From: Rhabdothermincola salaria
GTDB lineage: Bacteria; Actinomycetota; Acidimicrobiia; Acidimicrobiales; Acidimicrobilacustridaceae
Reading direction: 5' to 3'
Length of the DNA: 64,000 nt
Assembly (NCBI RefSeq): GCF_021246445.1
Contig: NZ_JAJQXW010000001.1
Location: forward strand, 434,001-498,000
Part shown: positions 10,122-19,031 of the stretch, in pieces
Position numbering within the stretch: the stretch's first letter is position 1
Layout of the letters: every line of letters begins with the position of its first letter
Position numbers and translations under genes: made by a program
The notes under the pieces: model-generated
Databases searched by the model: none
The model's input: the letters and a program-made list of their open reading frames with translations, nothing else
Told to the model about the DNA's origin: nothing

Positions 10122-12098
10122 ATGAACGGTTTGTGGACCCAGCTGGAACCCCTGCTGGCCAAGGTCGCCAAACCCGCCCGCTACATCGGCCTCGAGGACG
10201 GTGCGCAGCGGCCCGACCACGACCCCCGCAAGGTCGCGTGGCTGCTCGCCTACCCCGACACCTATGAGATCGGCCTGCCCAACCAGGGCTTGCAGATCCT
10301 CTACGAACTGCTCAACGAGCATCCCGATGCGGTGGCGGAGCGCACCTACGCCCCGTGGGTCGACCTCGAGTCGGAGCTGCGCGCCCGCAACATGCCGCTG
10401 TTCTCCCTCGACACCCACCGGCGGGCCGGGGAGTTCGACGTCATCGGGTTCAATCTGTCGGCCGAGCTGACCTACACGAACCTGCTCAACATGGTCGACC
10501 TCGCCGGGGTGCCGGTGCGCACCGCCGACCGTCGCCCCGAGCACCCGCTCGTCGCCGCGGGCGGCCACTGCACCTACAACCCCGAGCCGATCGCCGACTT
10601 CCTCGATTTCGTGGTGCTCGGCGATGGCGAGGAGATCGTGGCCGAGATCACCGAGGTGATCCTCGACTGGAAGTCGTCCGGGCGCACCGAGGGCAGCCGC
10701 GAGGGGGTCCTGCGGGCCCTGGCCGGCATCACCGGGGTGTACGTGCCCTCGCTGTACGACGTCGCCTACGACGGCGAGCGCCTCGTGGCCGTCACCCCCC
10801 GGTACGCCGACGTCCCCGAGCTGGTCGAGAAGCGCACCCTTCCCGACCTGGCCGACTGGCCGTACCCCAAGAACCAGCTCGTGCCCCTCACCGAGGTGGT
10901 CCACGACCGGCTCAACGTCGAGGTGTTCCGCGGTTGCACCCGGGGCTGTCGGTTCTGCCAGGCGGGCATGATCACCCGGCCGGTGCGCGAGCGGCCGGCC
11001 GCCCAGGTGCGCGACATGGTCGAGCGCGGCCTGCGCCGCACCGGCTACGACGAGGTGGCGCTCACCTCGTTGTCCACCGCCGACTTCTCCGGCATCGAGG
11101 GCCTGGTGGGCGACATCGTGCAGTCCACCGAGGACGGGCCTCCCGTGTCGGTGTCGCTGCCCAGCCTCCGCGTCGACGCCTTCGGCGTGGGCATCGCCAC
11201 CCAGCTCCAGCGGGCCCGGCGCACGGGCCTCACCTTCGCTCCGGAGGCCGGCACCTGGCGCATGCGCCAGGTCATCAACAAGCTCATCCGCGAAGAAGAC
11301 CTCTACAGCGCCGTCGACGCCGCCTATGCCAACGGCTGGCGCCGCATGAAGCTGTACTTCCTCACCGGCCTGCCCACCGAGACCGACGAGGACACCCTCG
11401 GCATCGCCGAGCTGGCCCGCAACTGCGTCGAGCTGGGCAAGGCCCACACCAAGAGCCCGTCGGTCACGGTGTCGGTGGGCGGGTTCGTGCCCAAGCCGTT
11501 CACCCCGTTCCAGTGGTTCGGGCAGAACACCGTCGAGGAGCTGCGCCGCAAGGTCAACCTGCTGCGCGACGCCACCCGCAAGGCCCACGGCGTGCAGATG
11601 AAGTGGCACGACCCCAAGGCCACGCTGGTCGAGGGCATCATGAGCCGCGGCGATCGCCGGCTCGGGCCGGTCATCGAGGAGGTGTGGCGCCGCGGCGGCA
11701 CCTTCCAGGAATGGAGCGAGCGCTTCGACCTCGACCTGTGGGTCGAGGTCATGGCCGCCCACGGGCTGTCGCCCGACTGGTACGCCCACCGCCACCGCAC
11801 CGAAGACGAGGTCCTCCCGTGGGACCACCTCTCGGCGGGGTTGCACAAGGACTTCCTGTGGCAGGACTGGCGCGACAGCCTCGCCGAGGTCGGCCTGCCC
11901 GACTGCCGCTGGACGCCCTGCTACGACTGCGGGGCCTGCACCGGGTACTCCATCGAGCACATCGTGGCCTCGGCCACCCCGCCGGCCGGCGGCTCGCAGG
12001 GCACCGGCCAGGACCTCTCGTCGAGCTCGGTGCCGGTCGAGCTGCTGTCACGTCGGCCGGTCGTGGCCGGCACCGGCGGGGGAGCACCCCCGTCGTGA
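10122..12098 (+). CDS. TIGR03960-type B12-binding radical SAM protein
   Basis: YPDTYEIG, CxxxCxxC (CTRGCRFC), GLTFAPEAG, FVPKPFTPFQW, C-terminal CRWTPCYDCGAC. Confidence 0.92.
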   Translation: MNGLWTQLEPLLAKVAKPARYIGLEDGAQRPDHDPRKVAWLLAYPDTYEIGLPNQGLQILYELLNEHPDAVAERTYAPWVDLESELRARNMPLFSLDTHRRAGEFDVIGFNLSAELTYTNLLNMVDLAGVPVRTADRRPEHPLVAAGGHCTYNPEPIADFLDFVVLGDGEEIVAEITEVILDWKSSGRTEGSREGVLRALAGITGVYVPSLYDVAYDGERLVAVTPRYADVPELVEKRTLPDLADWPYPKNQLVPLTEVVHDRLNVEVFRGCTRGCRFCQAGMITRPVRERPAAQVRDMVERGLRRTGYDEVALTSLSTADFSGIEGLVGDIVQSTEDGPPVSVSLPSLRVDAFGVGIATQLQRARRTGLTFAPEAGTWRMRQVINKLIREEDLYSAVDAAYANGWRRMKLYFLTGLPTETDEDTLGIAELARNCVELGKAHTKSPSVTVSVGGFVPKPFTPFQWFGQNTVEELRRKVNLLRDATRKAHGVQMKWHDPKATLVEGIMSRGDRRLGPVIEEVWRRGGTFQEWSERFDLDLWVEVMAAHGLSPDWYAHRHRTEDEVLPWDHLSAGLHKDFLWQDWRDSLAEVGLPDCRWTPCYDCGACTGYSIEHIVASATPPAGGSQGTGQDLSSSSVPVELLSRRPVVAGTGGGAPPS

Positions 12099-12829
12099 GG
12101 ATCCGCGTCCGCTTCACCAAGCACGGCAAGGTGCGCTTCACCAGCCACCGCGACGTGGCCCGGCTCTGGGAGCGGGCGCTGCGCCGTGCCGAGCTGCCCG
12201 TCGCCACCTCCGAGGGCTTCACGCCCAGGCCCAAGCTGCACTTCGGCCTGGCGTTGTCCACCGGGCACCAGTCCGAGGGCGAGTACCTCGACATCGACCT
12301 GCTCGAGCCCGAGGCCCACGACGTCGACCTCGACGCCCTGCCGGCGCGGCTCTCACCGCTGCTCCCGCCGGGGCTCGAGGTCCAGGTGGCGGCCGTGGTC
12401 GACCGGGCCGACGACTCCCTGCAGAAGGCGGTGACCTCGTGCTCGTGGCGGATCGAGGTCCCCGACACCGAACCGGCGGTCCTGGCCGCCGCCACCAAGA
12501 CGCTGCTCGCCAAGGACGTGGTGCAGGTCACCCGCGAGCGCAAGGGCAAGCAGGTCACCGACGACCTGCGCCCGGGGATCCTCCACCTCTCGGTGGACGG
12601 TCCCACACCCCCCGACGCACCCGAAGCGGGGGCGGTGTTGGTGGCCCAGTTGGCCACCCACCCCCGTTCGGTCCGGCCCGCAGAGCTGCTGGCCGCCTAC
12701 GACCCACCCCTCGCCGAGGGGCGGGTCTGTCGCACTCACCAATGGATCACAGCCGACGGCGCGACGCGAGAGCCACTGCTCCCGCCCGGCGCGCCGTCGA
12801 CGGCGCAACCCACGGCGCGCGCCTCATGA
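12095..12829 (+). CDS. TIGR03936-type radical SAM-linked protein
   Basis: RVRFTKHGKVRFTSHRD, SEGFTPRPK; GTGA overlap with the upstream stop. Confidence 0.9.
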   Translation: MRIRVRFTKHGKVRFTSHRDVARLWERALRRAELPVATSEGFTPRPKLHFGLALSTGHQSEGEYLDIDLLEPEAHDVDLDALPARLSPLLPPGLEVQVAAVVDRADDSLQKAVTSCSWRIEVPDTEPAVLAAATKTLLAKDVVQVTRERKGKQVTDDLRPGILHLSVDGPTPPDAPEAGAVLVAQLATHPRSVRPAELLAAYDPPLAEGRVCRTHQWITADGATREPLLPPGAPSTAQPTARAS

Positions 12830-12844
12830 GAAGGGACTCACTCC

Positions 12845-15034
12845 ATGACCGACCCCACGGTCGACGACACCTCGGGCCGCCCGGCCCGCCCCGCGGCCAC
12901 CGCCGACGGGGCCTCCACGACGCCGGCTCCCGACCAGAGGTCTGAGCCCTCCGCGTCCGGGTCGAACCCCTCTCGCCAAGAGCGCGACACCGCCCCCCGG
13001 GGGCGGAGCGAGCAGGCCCCCTCGGCTGAGCGCGACACCTCGAGCTCGTCCGGCGACGCCACCACGAGCGGCTCTTCGGCCCCGGCCGGGGGACCGCGCC
13101 GGTCGGACCGCGCCGACACGTCCGACCGCTCGGCCAAGGGCGACAGCCCGGCCGGCGACGCCGACCGCGCCGCCGGATCGGGCGACGCCGCCGGCGGCGA
13201 GCGCTCGGGCGGGAGCGGCGACGGCAGCCCACGGCCGCGCCGCCGCCGTGGCTCGCGTGGCGGCCGCAGCCGCAGCCGCAGCAACGGGGCCAACCGTCCG
13301 GCCGACGGCGCCGACGCTGCGGGCGACAGCTCGGCCGCCGAGGGGGAGCGCACCCCTGAGCTCCCCGGTCGCCAGTCCGAGGGCCGTCCCAAGGACCCCG
13401 CCGCCGCCGAACGGGCGTTGGTCAAGCGCCCCCGCATCGGTGACACCCGTCCCGCTCCGGAGGCCGAGAACGACACGTCCGGTTCGGGCCGGGCGCCGGC
13501 CAAGGGCAAGGGCCGAGGCGACCAGGGCCCGTCGCGTGGCGACGGCGGCAGCGAGAGCGGCGGCAACGGATCGGGCGGATCGTCACGGTCCGGGTCGCGT
13601 CGGCGCCGCGGCGGACGGGGCAAGAGCAGCGGTGGTGGTGGCGGCGGGGGCGGCGGCCGTTCCGGCCCCTCGAACCAGCCGGTGGAAGCCATCGTCGGCG
13701 GTACGGGGCCCGAGCTCGACGAGGAGACCCTCGAGAAGCGCAAGGGCCGTGAGCGCAAGGGCCGCCCGGTCGGTCGCTACCTCATGACCGTCAGCGTGCG
13801 CCCCCAGGCCACCCAGATCGCCGTGCTCGAGGGGCGCAACCTCATCGAGCACTACGTCTCGCGTCCGGCCGACGACGTGGCCCAGATCCACGGCAACATC
13901 TACCTGGGCAAGGTCCAGAACGTGCTGCCGGGCATGGAAGCGGCCTTCGTCGACATCGCCACCCCCAAGAACGCCGTGCTCTACCGGGGCGACGTGCAGT
14001 ACGACGCCGAGGACATCGAGGAGGGCGGCAACGCCCGCATCGAGCAGATCCTCAAGCCCAAGCAGAACATCATCTGCCAGGTCACCAAGAACCCCATCGC
14101 CCACAAGGGCGCCCGCCTGACCCAGGAGGTCTCCCTCCCCGGCCGGTTCGTGGTCCTGATCCCCAACTCCAGCACCTACGGCATCTCCAAGCGCCTGGCC
14201 GACGACGAGCGCAAGCGCCTGCGGTCCATCCTCGACAAGGTGAAGCCGCCCCAGCACGGGGTGATCGTGCGCACCGCGGCCGAGGGCGTGACCGCCGAGG
14301 AGATCTCCGCCGACGTCACCCGGCTGCTGTCGCAGTGGGAGCGCATCGAGGCGCTCGCCGCCAAGGTGCAGTCCCCGGCGTTGCTGTACCGCGAGCCGGA
14401 CATGGCCGTGCGGGTCATCCGCGAGGAGTTCAACGACGAGTACCGGGGCATCGTCATCGACGACGAGCAGCTCTACACCGAGGTGCGCGACTACGTGGCC
14501 AGCATCTCTCCGGCGGTGGCCGACCGCGTGCAGTTCTACGACCCGAAGGTCGAGCCGCTGTCCATCTTCGAACGCCACCACGTCCACGAGCAGCTCCACA
14601 AGGCCCTCGATCGCAAGGTGTGGCTGCCGTCGGGTGGTTCGCTCATCATCGAGCACACCGAGGCCCTCACCGTCATCGACGTCAACACCGGCAAGAACGT
14701 CGGGTCGTCGAGCCTCGAGGAGACGGTCTTCAAGAACAACCTGGAGGCGGCCGTCGAGATCGCCAAGCAGCTGCGCCTGCGCGACATCGGCGGGATCATC
14801 GTCATCGACTTCATCGACATGGAGGTGCGGGCCAACCGCGACGAGGTCATCAAGGTGTTCCGCGATGCGCTCGCCCGCGACAAGACCCGCACCCAGGTGT
14901 TCGACATCTCCGAGCTGGGCCTGGTCGAGATGACCCGCAAGCGCATCGGTGAGGGCCTGCTCGAGTCGTTCTCGACCCAGTGCCCGGAGTGCGAGGGGCG
15001 GGGGCTGCAGATCGACCGCGCCCTGCTGGAATGA
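12845..15034 (+). CDS. rne: Ribonuclease E/G family with long disordered N-terminus
   Basis: GNIYLGKVQNVLPGMEAAFVD (S1), IDVNTG, RLRDIGGIIVIDFIDM, Zn-link CPECEG; about 300 aa Gly/Arg/Ser-rich N-terminus. Confidence 0.95.
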   Translation: MTDPTVDDTSGRPARPAATADGASTTPAPDQRSEPSASGSNPSRQERDTAPRGRSEQAPSAERDTSSSSGDATTSGSSAPAGGPRRSDRADTSDRSAKGDSPAGDADRAAGSGDAAGGERSGGSGDGSPRPRRRRGSRGGRSRSRSNGANRPADGADAAGDSSAAEGERTPELPGRQSEGRPKDPAAAERALVKRPRIGDTRPAPEAENDTSGSGRAPAKGKGRGDQGPSRGDGGSESGGNGSGGSSRSGSRRRRGGRGKSSGGGGGGGGGRSGPSNQPVEAIVGGTGPELDEETLEKRKGRERKGRPVGRYLMTVSVRPQATQIAVLEGRNLIEHYVSRPADDVAQIHGNIYLGKVQNVLPGMEAAFVDIATPKNAVLYRGDVQYDAEDIEEGGNARIEQILKPKQNIICQVTKNPIAHKGARLTQEVSLPGRFVVLIPNSSTYGISKRLADDERKRLRSILDKVKPPQHGVIVRTAAEGVTAEEISADVTRLLSQWERIEALAAKVQSPALLYREPDMAVRVIREEFNDEYRGIVIDDEQLYTEVRDYVASISPAVADRVQFYDPKVEPLSIFERHHVHEQLHKALDRKVWLPSGGSLIIEHTEALTVIDVNTGKNVGSSSLEETVFKNNLEAAVEIAKQLRLRDIGGIIVIDFIDMEVRANRDEVIKVFRDALARDKTRTQVFDISELGLVEMTRKRIGEGLLESFSTQCPECEGRGLQIDRALLE

Positions 15035-15086
15035 GCCGACCTGCGGGTTTGGTCCACCGGGTCCACCTCGCTAGGATGGCGCCCCT

Positions 15087-15392
15087 ATGTATGCCGTGAT
15101 CCAGAGTGGTGGCAAGCAATATCGCGTCGAGCAAGGTCAGCGCCTCGACGTCGAGCGTCTCGGTGATGCCGAGGAGGTCTCGCTGACCCCGGTGCTGCTG
15201 GTCGACGGTGATTCCGTGCTGGCCACCCCCGCCCAGCTGTCCGGTGCCAGCGTCACCGCTCGGGTGGTGGGCGAGGGCAAGGGCCCCAAGATCACCGGCT
15301 TCACCTACAAGAACAAGTCCAACCAGCGTCGCCGGTGGGGTCATCGCCAGCGCTACGCCACCATCGAGATCACCGACATCAAGAAGGGCTGA
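15087..15392 (+). CDS. rplU: 50S ribosomal protein L21
   Basis: [14 protein letters not shown]...GHRQ. Confidence 0.98.
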   Translation: MYAVIQSGGKQYRVEQGQRLDVERLGDAEEVSLTPVLLVDGDSVLATPAQLSGASVTARVVGEGKGPKITGFTYKNKSNQRRRWGHRQRYATIEITDIKKG

Positions 15393-15396
15393 GCCG

Positions 15397-15648
15397 ATGT
15401 CAAAGACCAAGGGCGGCGGGTCAACCCGCAACGGCCGCGATTCAGAGTCCAAGCGCCTCGGCGTGAAGCGCTTCGACGGCCAGCTCGTCGAGGCCGGCAC
15501 CATCCTGGTGCGCCAGCGTGGCACCCGCATCCACCCCGGCGAGAACGTGGGCCGTGGCGGCGACGACACGCTGTTCGCCACCTCTCCCGGCACCGTGAAG
15601 TTCGGTTCGCGCAAGGGCCGCAAGCTCGTCGACATCCTGCCGAGCTGA
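15397..15648 (+). CDS. rpmA: 50S ribosomal protein L27
   Basis: [37 protein letters not shown]. Confidence 0.98.
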   Translation: MSKTKGGGSTRNGRDSESKRLGVKRFDGQLVEAGTILVRQRGTRIHPGENVGRGGDDTLFATSPGTVKFGSRKGRKLVDILPS

Positions 15649-15678
15649 TCTGGCGGCGCTCGGCGCCGACACCACTGG

Positions 15679-15705
15679 CACGACCCCCTCTGGCAGGGGG
15701 TCGTG
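15679..15705. terminator. Hairpin between convergent rpmA and dgt
   Basis: cacgaccccct-ctggc-agggggtcgtg, 11-bp perfect stem; no U-tract. Confidence 0.65.
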
Positions 15706-15718
15706 GCGCGTTCGGGGG

Positions 15719-16885
15719 TCAGCGGCGGCCGGTGAGCCCCTGGGGGAGGTCGGCCTCGGGCCAGTCGAGGAGGGCCACCGCGGTGTCGCACGCGTAGCGG
15801 TCGGTCATGCCTGCCACCCAGGTCACCGCCGCCGTGAGCGCGGCGGCCGATCCCGGCTCTGCGTCGCGGGTGTCGGCCAGGAGCTCGGGGTGCTGCACGA
15901 AGTGCTCGACGAGCGCCTGGAGCACGGCGATGACGGCCCGGGCCTGGGCCATCGAGTCGGGGCGCAGGTAGATGCGCTCGTAGTTGAAGGTGCGGAAGGC
16001 GGCCAGGGCTTCGGCCATCGGCTCGGTCATGGCCACCCGTCCGGCGGCGGCGGTGCCCTCGACGACCCCGCCGATGAAGGCCCGCAGCCAGGAGCTGCGC
16101 CGGGGTCCGCACCGCTCGAGGACGATGGCGGGGAGGGCCTCGGTGCCGAGCAGGGCGGCCTTGGTGGCGTCCTCGAAGTCGTGGCACACGTAGGCGATGC
16201 GATCGGCCCAGCTCACCACCTCGCCCTCGGGGGTGGCGGGCGTGGGGCGGGACCATGAGTGGTTGCGGACCCCGTCGAGGGTCTCGGCGCACAGGTTGAG
16301 CGGGGCGAGCACGACGTCGGCCCCCCACGGGGCGTGGTCGAACCCGTCGGGGAGGTAGGGGTCGAAGGCGTCCTCGCTGGCGTGGCCGCCGGGACCGTGA
16401 CCGCAGTCGTGGCCGAGGGCGATGGCCTCGGTGAGGGCCACGTTGAGGCGCAGGGCCCGGGCGATGGCCGTGGCCACCTGGGCGACCTCGAGGGCGTGGG
16501 TCAGCCGGGTGCGCTGGTGGTCGTCGGGGAAGATGAACACCTGGGTCTTGCCGGCGAGGCGGCGGAACGCCGTGGCCTGGTGCAGGATGCGGTCGCGGTC
16601 GCGTTCGAAGCAGGTACGCAGCGGATCCGGGAGCTCGGCCTTCGCCCGGTGGCCGGCCCCCGCCGCCCGGGTGGCACCGGGGGCCATGAGCGTGTCCTCG
16701 AGGGCCTCGCGGTCCTGGCGGGCCATGGGGGGACCGGCATCGACGACCGCCCCGGGCTCGGTGTGGGCGGTGCGCACCTCGATGGGGGAGCTGGTGCGGG
16801 GGGAGAGGTGACGGCCTTCCATGGTGGCGGCCCAGGTGCGGGCGCGGTCGCTGAGGGCGGAGCCATCCGGAGCGGTCCAGGTCAT
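15719..16885 (-). CDS. dgt: HD-domain dNTP triphosphohydrolase (dGTPase family)
   Basis: FERDRDRILH, FRRLAGKTQVF, RTRLTHALEVAQ, GHDCGH, ADRIAY..HD, VAGMTDRY. Confidence 0.9.
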   Translation of the reverse strand: MTWTAPDGSALSDRARTWAATMEGRHLSPRTSSPIEVRTAHTEPGAVVDAGPPMARQDREALEDTLMAPGATRAAGAGHRAKAELPDPLRTCFERDRDRILHQATAFRRLAGKTQVFIFPDDHQRTRLTHALEVAQVATAIARALRLNVALTEAIALGHDCGHGPGGHASEDAFDPYLPDGFDHAPWGADVVLAPLNLCAETLDGVRNHSWSRPTPATPEGEVVSWADRIAYVCHDFEDATKAALLGTEALPAIVLERCGPRRSSWLRAFIGGVVEGTAAAGRVAMTEPMAEALAAFRTFNYERIYLRPDSMAQARAVIAVLQALVEHFVQHPELLADTRDAEPGSAAALTAAVTWVAGMTDRYACDTAVALLDWPEADLPQGLTGRR

Positions 16886-16891
16886 GGCTCC

Positions 16892-16913
16892 ATCATGACG
16901 TCACCCTGCGACA
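16892..16913 (-). promoter_or_regulatory. Putative PafBC (RecA-NDp)-type promoter of dgt
   Basis: Minus strand TGTCGC-N10-CATGAT, 6 nt before ATG; resembles TGTCGG-N10-TANNNT. Confidence 0.5.
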
Positions 16914-17016
16914 GTGCCGGCGACCGCGGGAGGTGGTCGGCCCGCCGCGTGGGGTCGGGGTGTCCGGTGCGGGCCTGAGTCGAAGGGCCCGTTCGGGGGC
17001 CGTGCCCTTCCCGTCG

Positions 17017-17031
17017 GCCACGCAGCGTGGT
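17017..17031. promoter_or_regulatory. BldD-box-like palindrome upstream of the Flp/Tad cassette
   Basis: gCCACGCAGCGTGGt; near-identical to the site upstream of the bldD homologue. Confidence 0.6.
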
Positions 17032-17040
17032 ACACCATTG

Positions 17041-17108
17041 TCGTCTCACCAGTTCCTGGACCGTTCGCGGTGAGACGAGGACGGCGACCCATTCGGGTCG
17101 CCGTCCTC
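17041..17108 (+). ncRNA. Candidate structured leader or small RNA (three-way junction plus 14-bp hairpin)
   Basis: tcgtctca/tgagacga enclosing ccag-ttc-ctgg and ccg-ttcg-cgg, followed by gaggacggcgaccc-attc-gggtcgccgtcctc; family not recognised. Confidence 0.4.
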
Positions 17109-17133
17109 CCTGGACATCTGAAGGGAACGCCGG

Positions 17134-17784
17134 ATGGAGCTGTCGTCGCGTCGCCGCGACCGGGGGGCCACCCTGGTCGAGTACGCCCTGATCCTCGCCC
17201 TCGTGGTGGTGGCTGCCGTCGCGTCCATCCAGTTCCTCACCAATCAGAGCGAGGCCGAGGTGGCCAACCAGGCCGATTGCGTGTCCACCCGGCCCCCTCC
17301 GCCGAGCTGCCAGGCCCGCGCGGTCACCACCACCACCACGACCATCCCGCCCGAGACCACCACCACGATCGCTCCCGAGACCACCACCACCGAATCCACG
17401 ACCACCACCACGTCCACGACAGCGCCGCCGTCGAGCACCACGAGCACGACCGCCCCTCCGGAGCAGTTCGACCTCACCCTGACCGGTTCGACAGAGAGCT
17501 TCTATCTCTGGTGGCGAGCCTTCGGCGCCATCTACGTCGTCGATGCTGATGGCGCGCCGGCCCGGGGTGTGACTGTCGTGCTCACCATCCAAGAGGCGGG
17601 CCAGTCGGGAGCTTCGACCGTCTCGTGTCAGACGTCGAACGCGGCTGGGGGTCCCAACGCAGGGCGTTGCTCGGTTGCGAGCCCCTGGATGTGGCGGTCG
17701 GATGTGCCATCGGTGGAGATCACGGTGATCACCGTCGACGGGCAACCCGTCACCCCGACCCAGCTCACGATCCCGCGCCCGTGA
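17134..17784 (+). CDS. Flp-type pilin with Thr-rich stalk and C-terminal beta-rich domain
   Basis: Class III signal RDRG|ATLVEYALIL (E5, Y6) plus hydrophobic helix; poly-Thr linker; two Cys pairs. Confidence 0.8.
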   Translation: MELSSRRRDRGATLVEYALILALVVVAAVASIQFLTNQSEAEVANQADCVSTRPPPPSCQARAVTTTTTTIPPETTTTIAPETTTTESTTTTTSTTAPPSSTTSTTAPPEQFDLTLTGSTESFYLWWRAFGAIYVVDADGAPARGVTVVLTIQEAGQSGASTVSCQTSNAAGGPNAGRCSVASPWMWRSDVPSVEITVITVDGQPVTPTQLTIPRP

Positions 17785-18413
17785 TGAACGACGTTCGGGC
17801 CCGAGGCGACCACGGAGTAGCCATCGTGGAGATGGCCCTGGTGTCGCCGATCTTGTTCACGTTGCTCCTCGCGGTCTTCGAGTACGGCCTCGTCTACCGG
17901 GACATCCTCACGGCGGCCGACGCCGCCAGCGACGGCGCTCGCGTCGGGTCGCAACAGGGCAACGACGTGCTCGTGACCGGCGCCACCGCCGACTACACGA
18001 TCGTCGATGCCGTCCGCATGGGCTTGGCCGGGCTGGACCCGGAATCGATCGAGCGGATCGTCGTCTACCAGGCGGGCCCGCCGAGCGACGGCAGCCCGTT
18101 GTCCCAGGTCCCGGCGGCATGCCGCACCGGAGGATCGAGCACCGCCGCCGACTGCAACGTGTACCTCCCCGCAACGGCCTTCGTCGCCATCCAGGACGGC
18201 GACGTCGAGTTCTTCGAGTGCGTCGATGCCGGCGACCCGGCGTGCGGCTGGGACCCGACCACGCGCGTCGACGGGCCGACCGTCGCCGACATCGAGTACC
18301 TCGGGGTCTACGTCGAGGTGCGCCATGACTACCTGACGGGGCTGTTCGGCTCCGCGTTCGACATCGAGCGGGCCAGCATCACCCGCATCGAGCCCGGGGA
18401 CCTGAGCGGATGA
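17784..18413 (+). CDS. TadE-like pseudopilin
   Basis: DHG|VAIVEMALVSPILF...AASDGARVG; TGATG coupling to the upstream gene; Cys-rich. Confidence 0.88.
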   Translation: MNDVRARGDHGVAIVEMALVSPILFTLLLAVFEYGLVYRDILTAADAASDGARVGSQQGNDVLVTGATADYTIVDAVRMGLAGLDPESIERIVVYQAGPPSDGSPLSQVPAACRTGGSSTAADCNVYLPATAFVAIQDGDVEFFECVDAGDPACGWDPTTRVDGPTVADIEYLGVYVEVRHDYLTGLFGSAFDIERASITRIEPGDLSG

Positions 18414-19027
18414 GGCCGACGACGCAGCACCGCGGGACGGGCGACGAGGGAGCGGTGCTCGTCGAGTTCGCTCTGGTCTTGCCCTTCCTCGTGCTGATCT
18501 TCCTCGGGGTCGTCGACTACGGCTCCGCGTTCAACGACGCCAACCGGGTCGACCGCGCCGTGCTGAGCGCAGGGCGCACGGTGTCGTCGGTCGCCGACGG
18601 TCGCCAGGCCGACTTCGCCACCGTCCAATCGCTGGCTTCGAGCCTCGAGACCAGCAGTCGCGTGAGCATCGAGAAGGTCATCATCTACGACTCGACCGCA
18701 GCCGATGGTGCGGTCCCCGCCAACTGCCTCAGCGTCTCGACGACGGGGTCCCCGCCCTTCGGCGTGAACGGTCGGTGCAACGTGTACACGGGTGCGCAGG
18801 TGGCCAGTGCCACCCAGGCCAGCTTCGCCGGAACCTCGAGCTGCACAGCGGGCAGCTGGGACCGCCGGTGGTGCCCCACGAGCCGCCAGCGCGACGTCAA
18901 CCCCGACCGGGTGGGCGTGTGGGTCCAGGTGAGCTACGCGCCGCTGACGGGTCTGCTGCCTGCGGGCGGCCTCACCGTCGAACGCAGCGCGATCTACCAA
19001 CTCGAGCCCACCGCCGCAGGGAGCTGA
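18410..19027 (+). CDS. TadE/TadF-like pseudopilin
   Basis: DEG|AVLVEFALVLPFL...AGR; ATGA overlap; four Cys. Confidence 0.88.
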   Translation: MRPTTQHRGTGDEGAVLVEFALVLPFLVLIFLGVVDYGSAFNDANRVDRAVLSAGRTVSSVADGRQADFATVQSLASSLETSSRVSIEKVIIYDSTAADGAVPANCLSVSTTGSPPFGVNGRCNVYTGAQVASATQASFAGTSSCTAGSWDRRWCPTSRQRDVNPDRVGVWVQVSYAPLTGLLPAGGLTVERSAIYQLEPTAAGS

Positions 19028-19031
19028 GAGC

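Noticed and set aside
8865..11960. 1031-aa minus-strand ORF, and similar long antisense ORFs over rel, leuS, lepA and the vWA gene
   Set aside because: Shadow ORFs caused by high-GC codon bias opposite well-supported genes; no recognisable motifs
15719..16885. Antiphage dGTPase / defence island
   Set aside because: No neighbouring defence or mobility genes; resembles the housekeeping family (phylogeny needed to exclude fully)
16900..16914. GTCACCCTGCGACAG as a canonical BldD box (one mismatch)
   Set aside because: Better explained as the PafBC-type promoter on the minus strand and lacks the CC/GG flanks of the two matched sites; dual use not excluded
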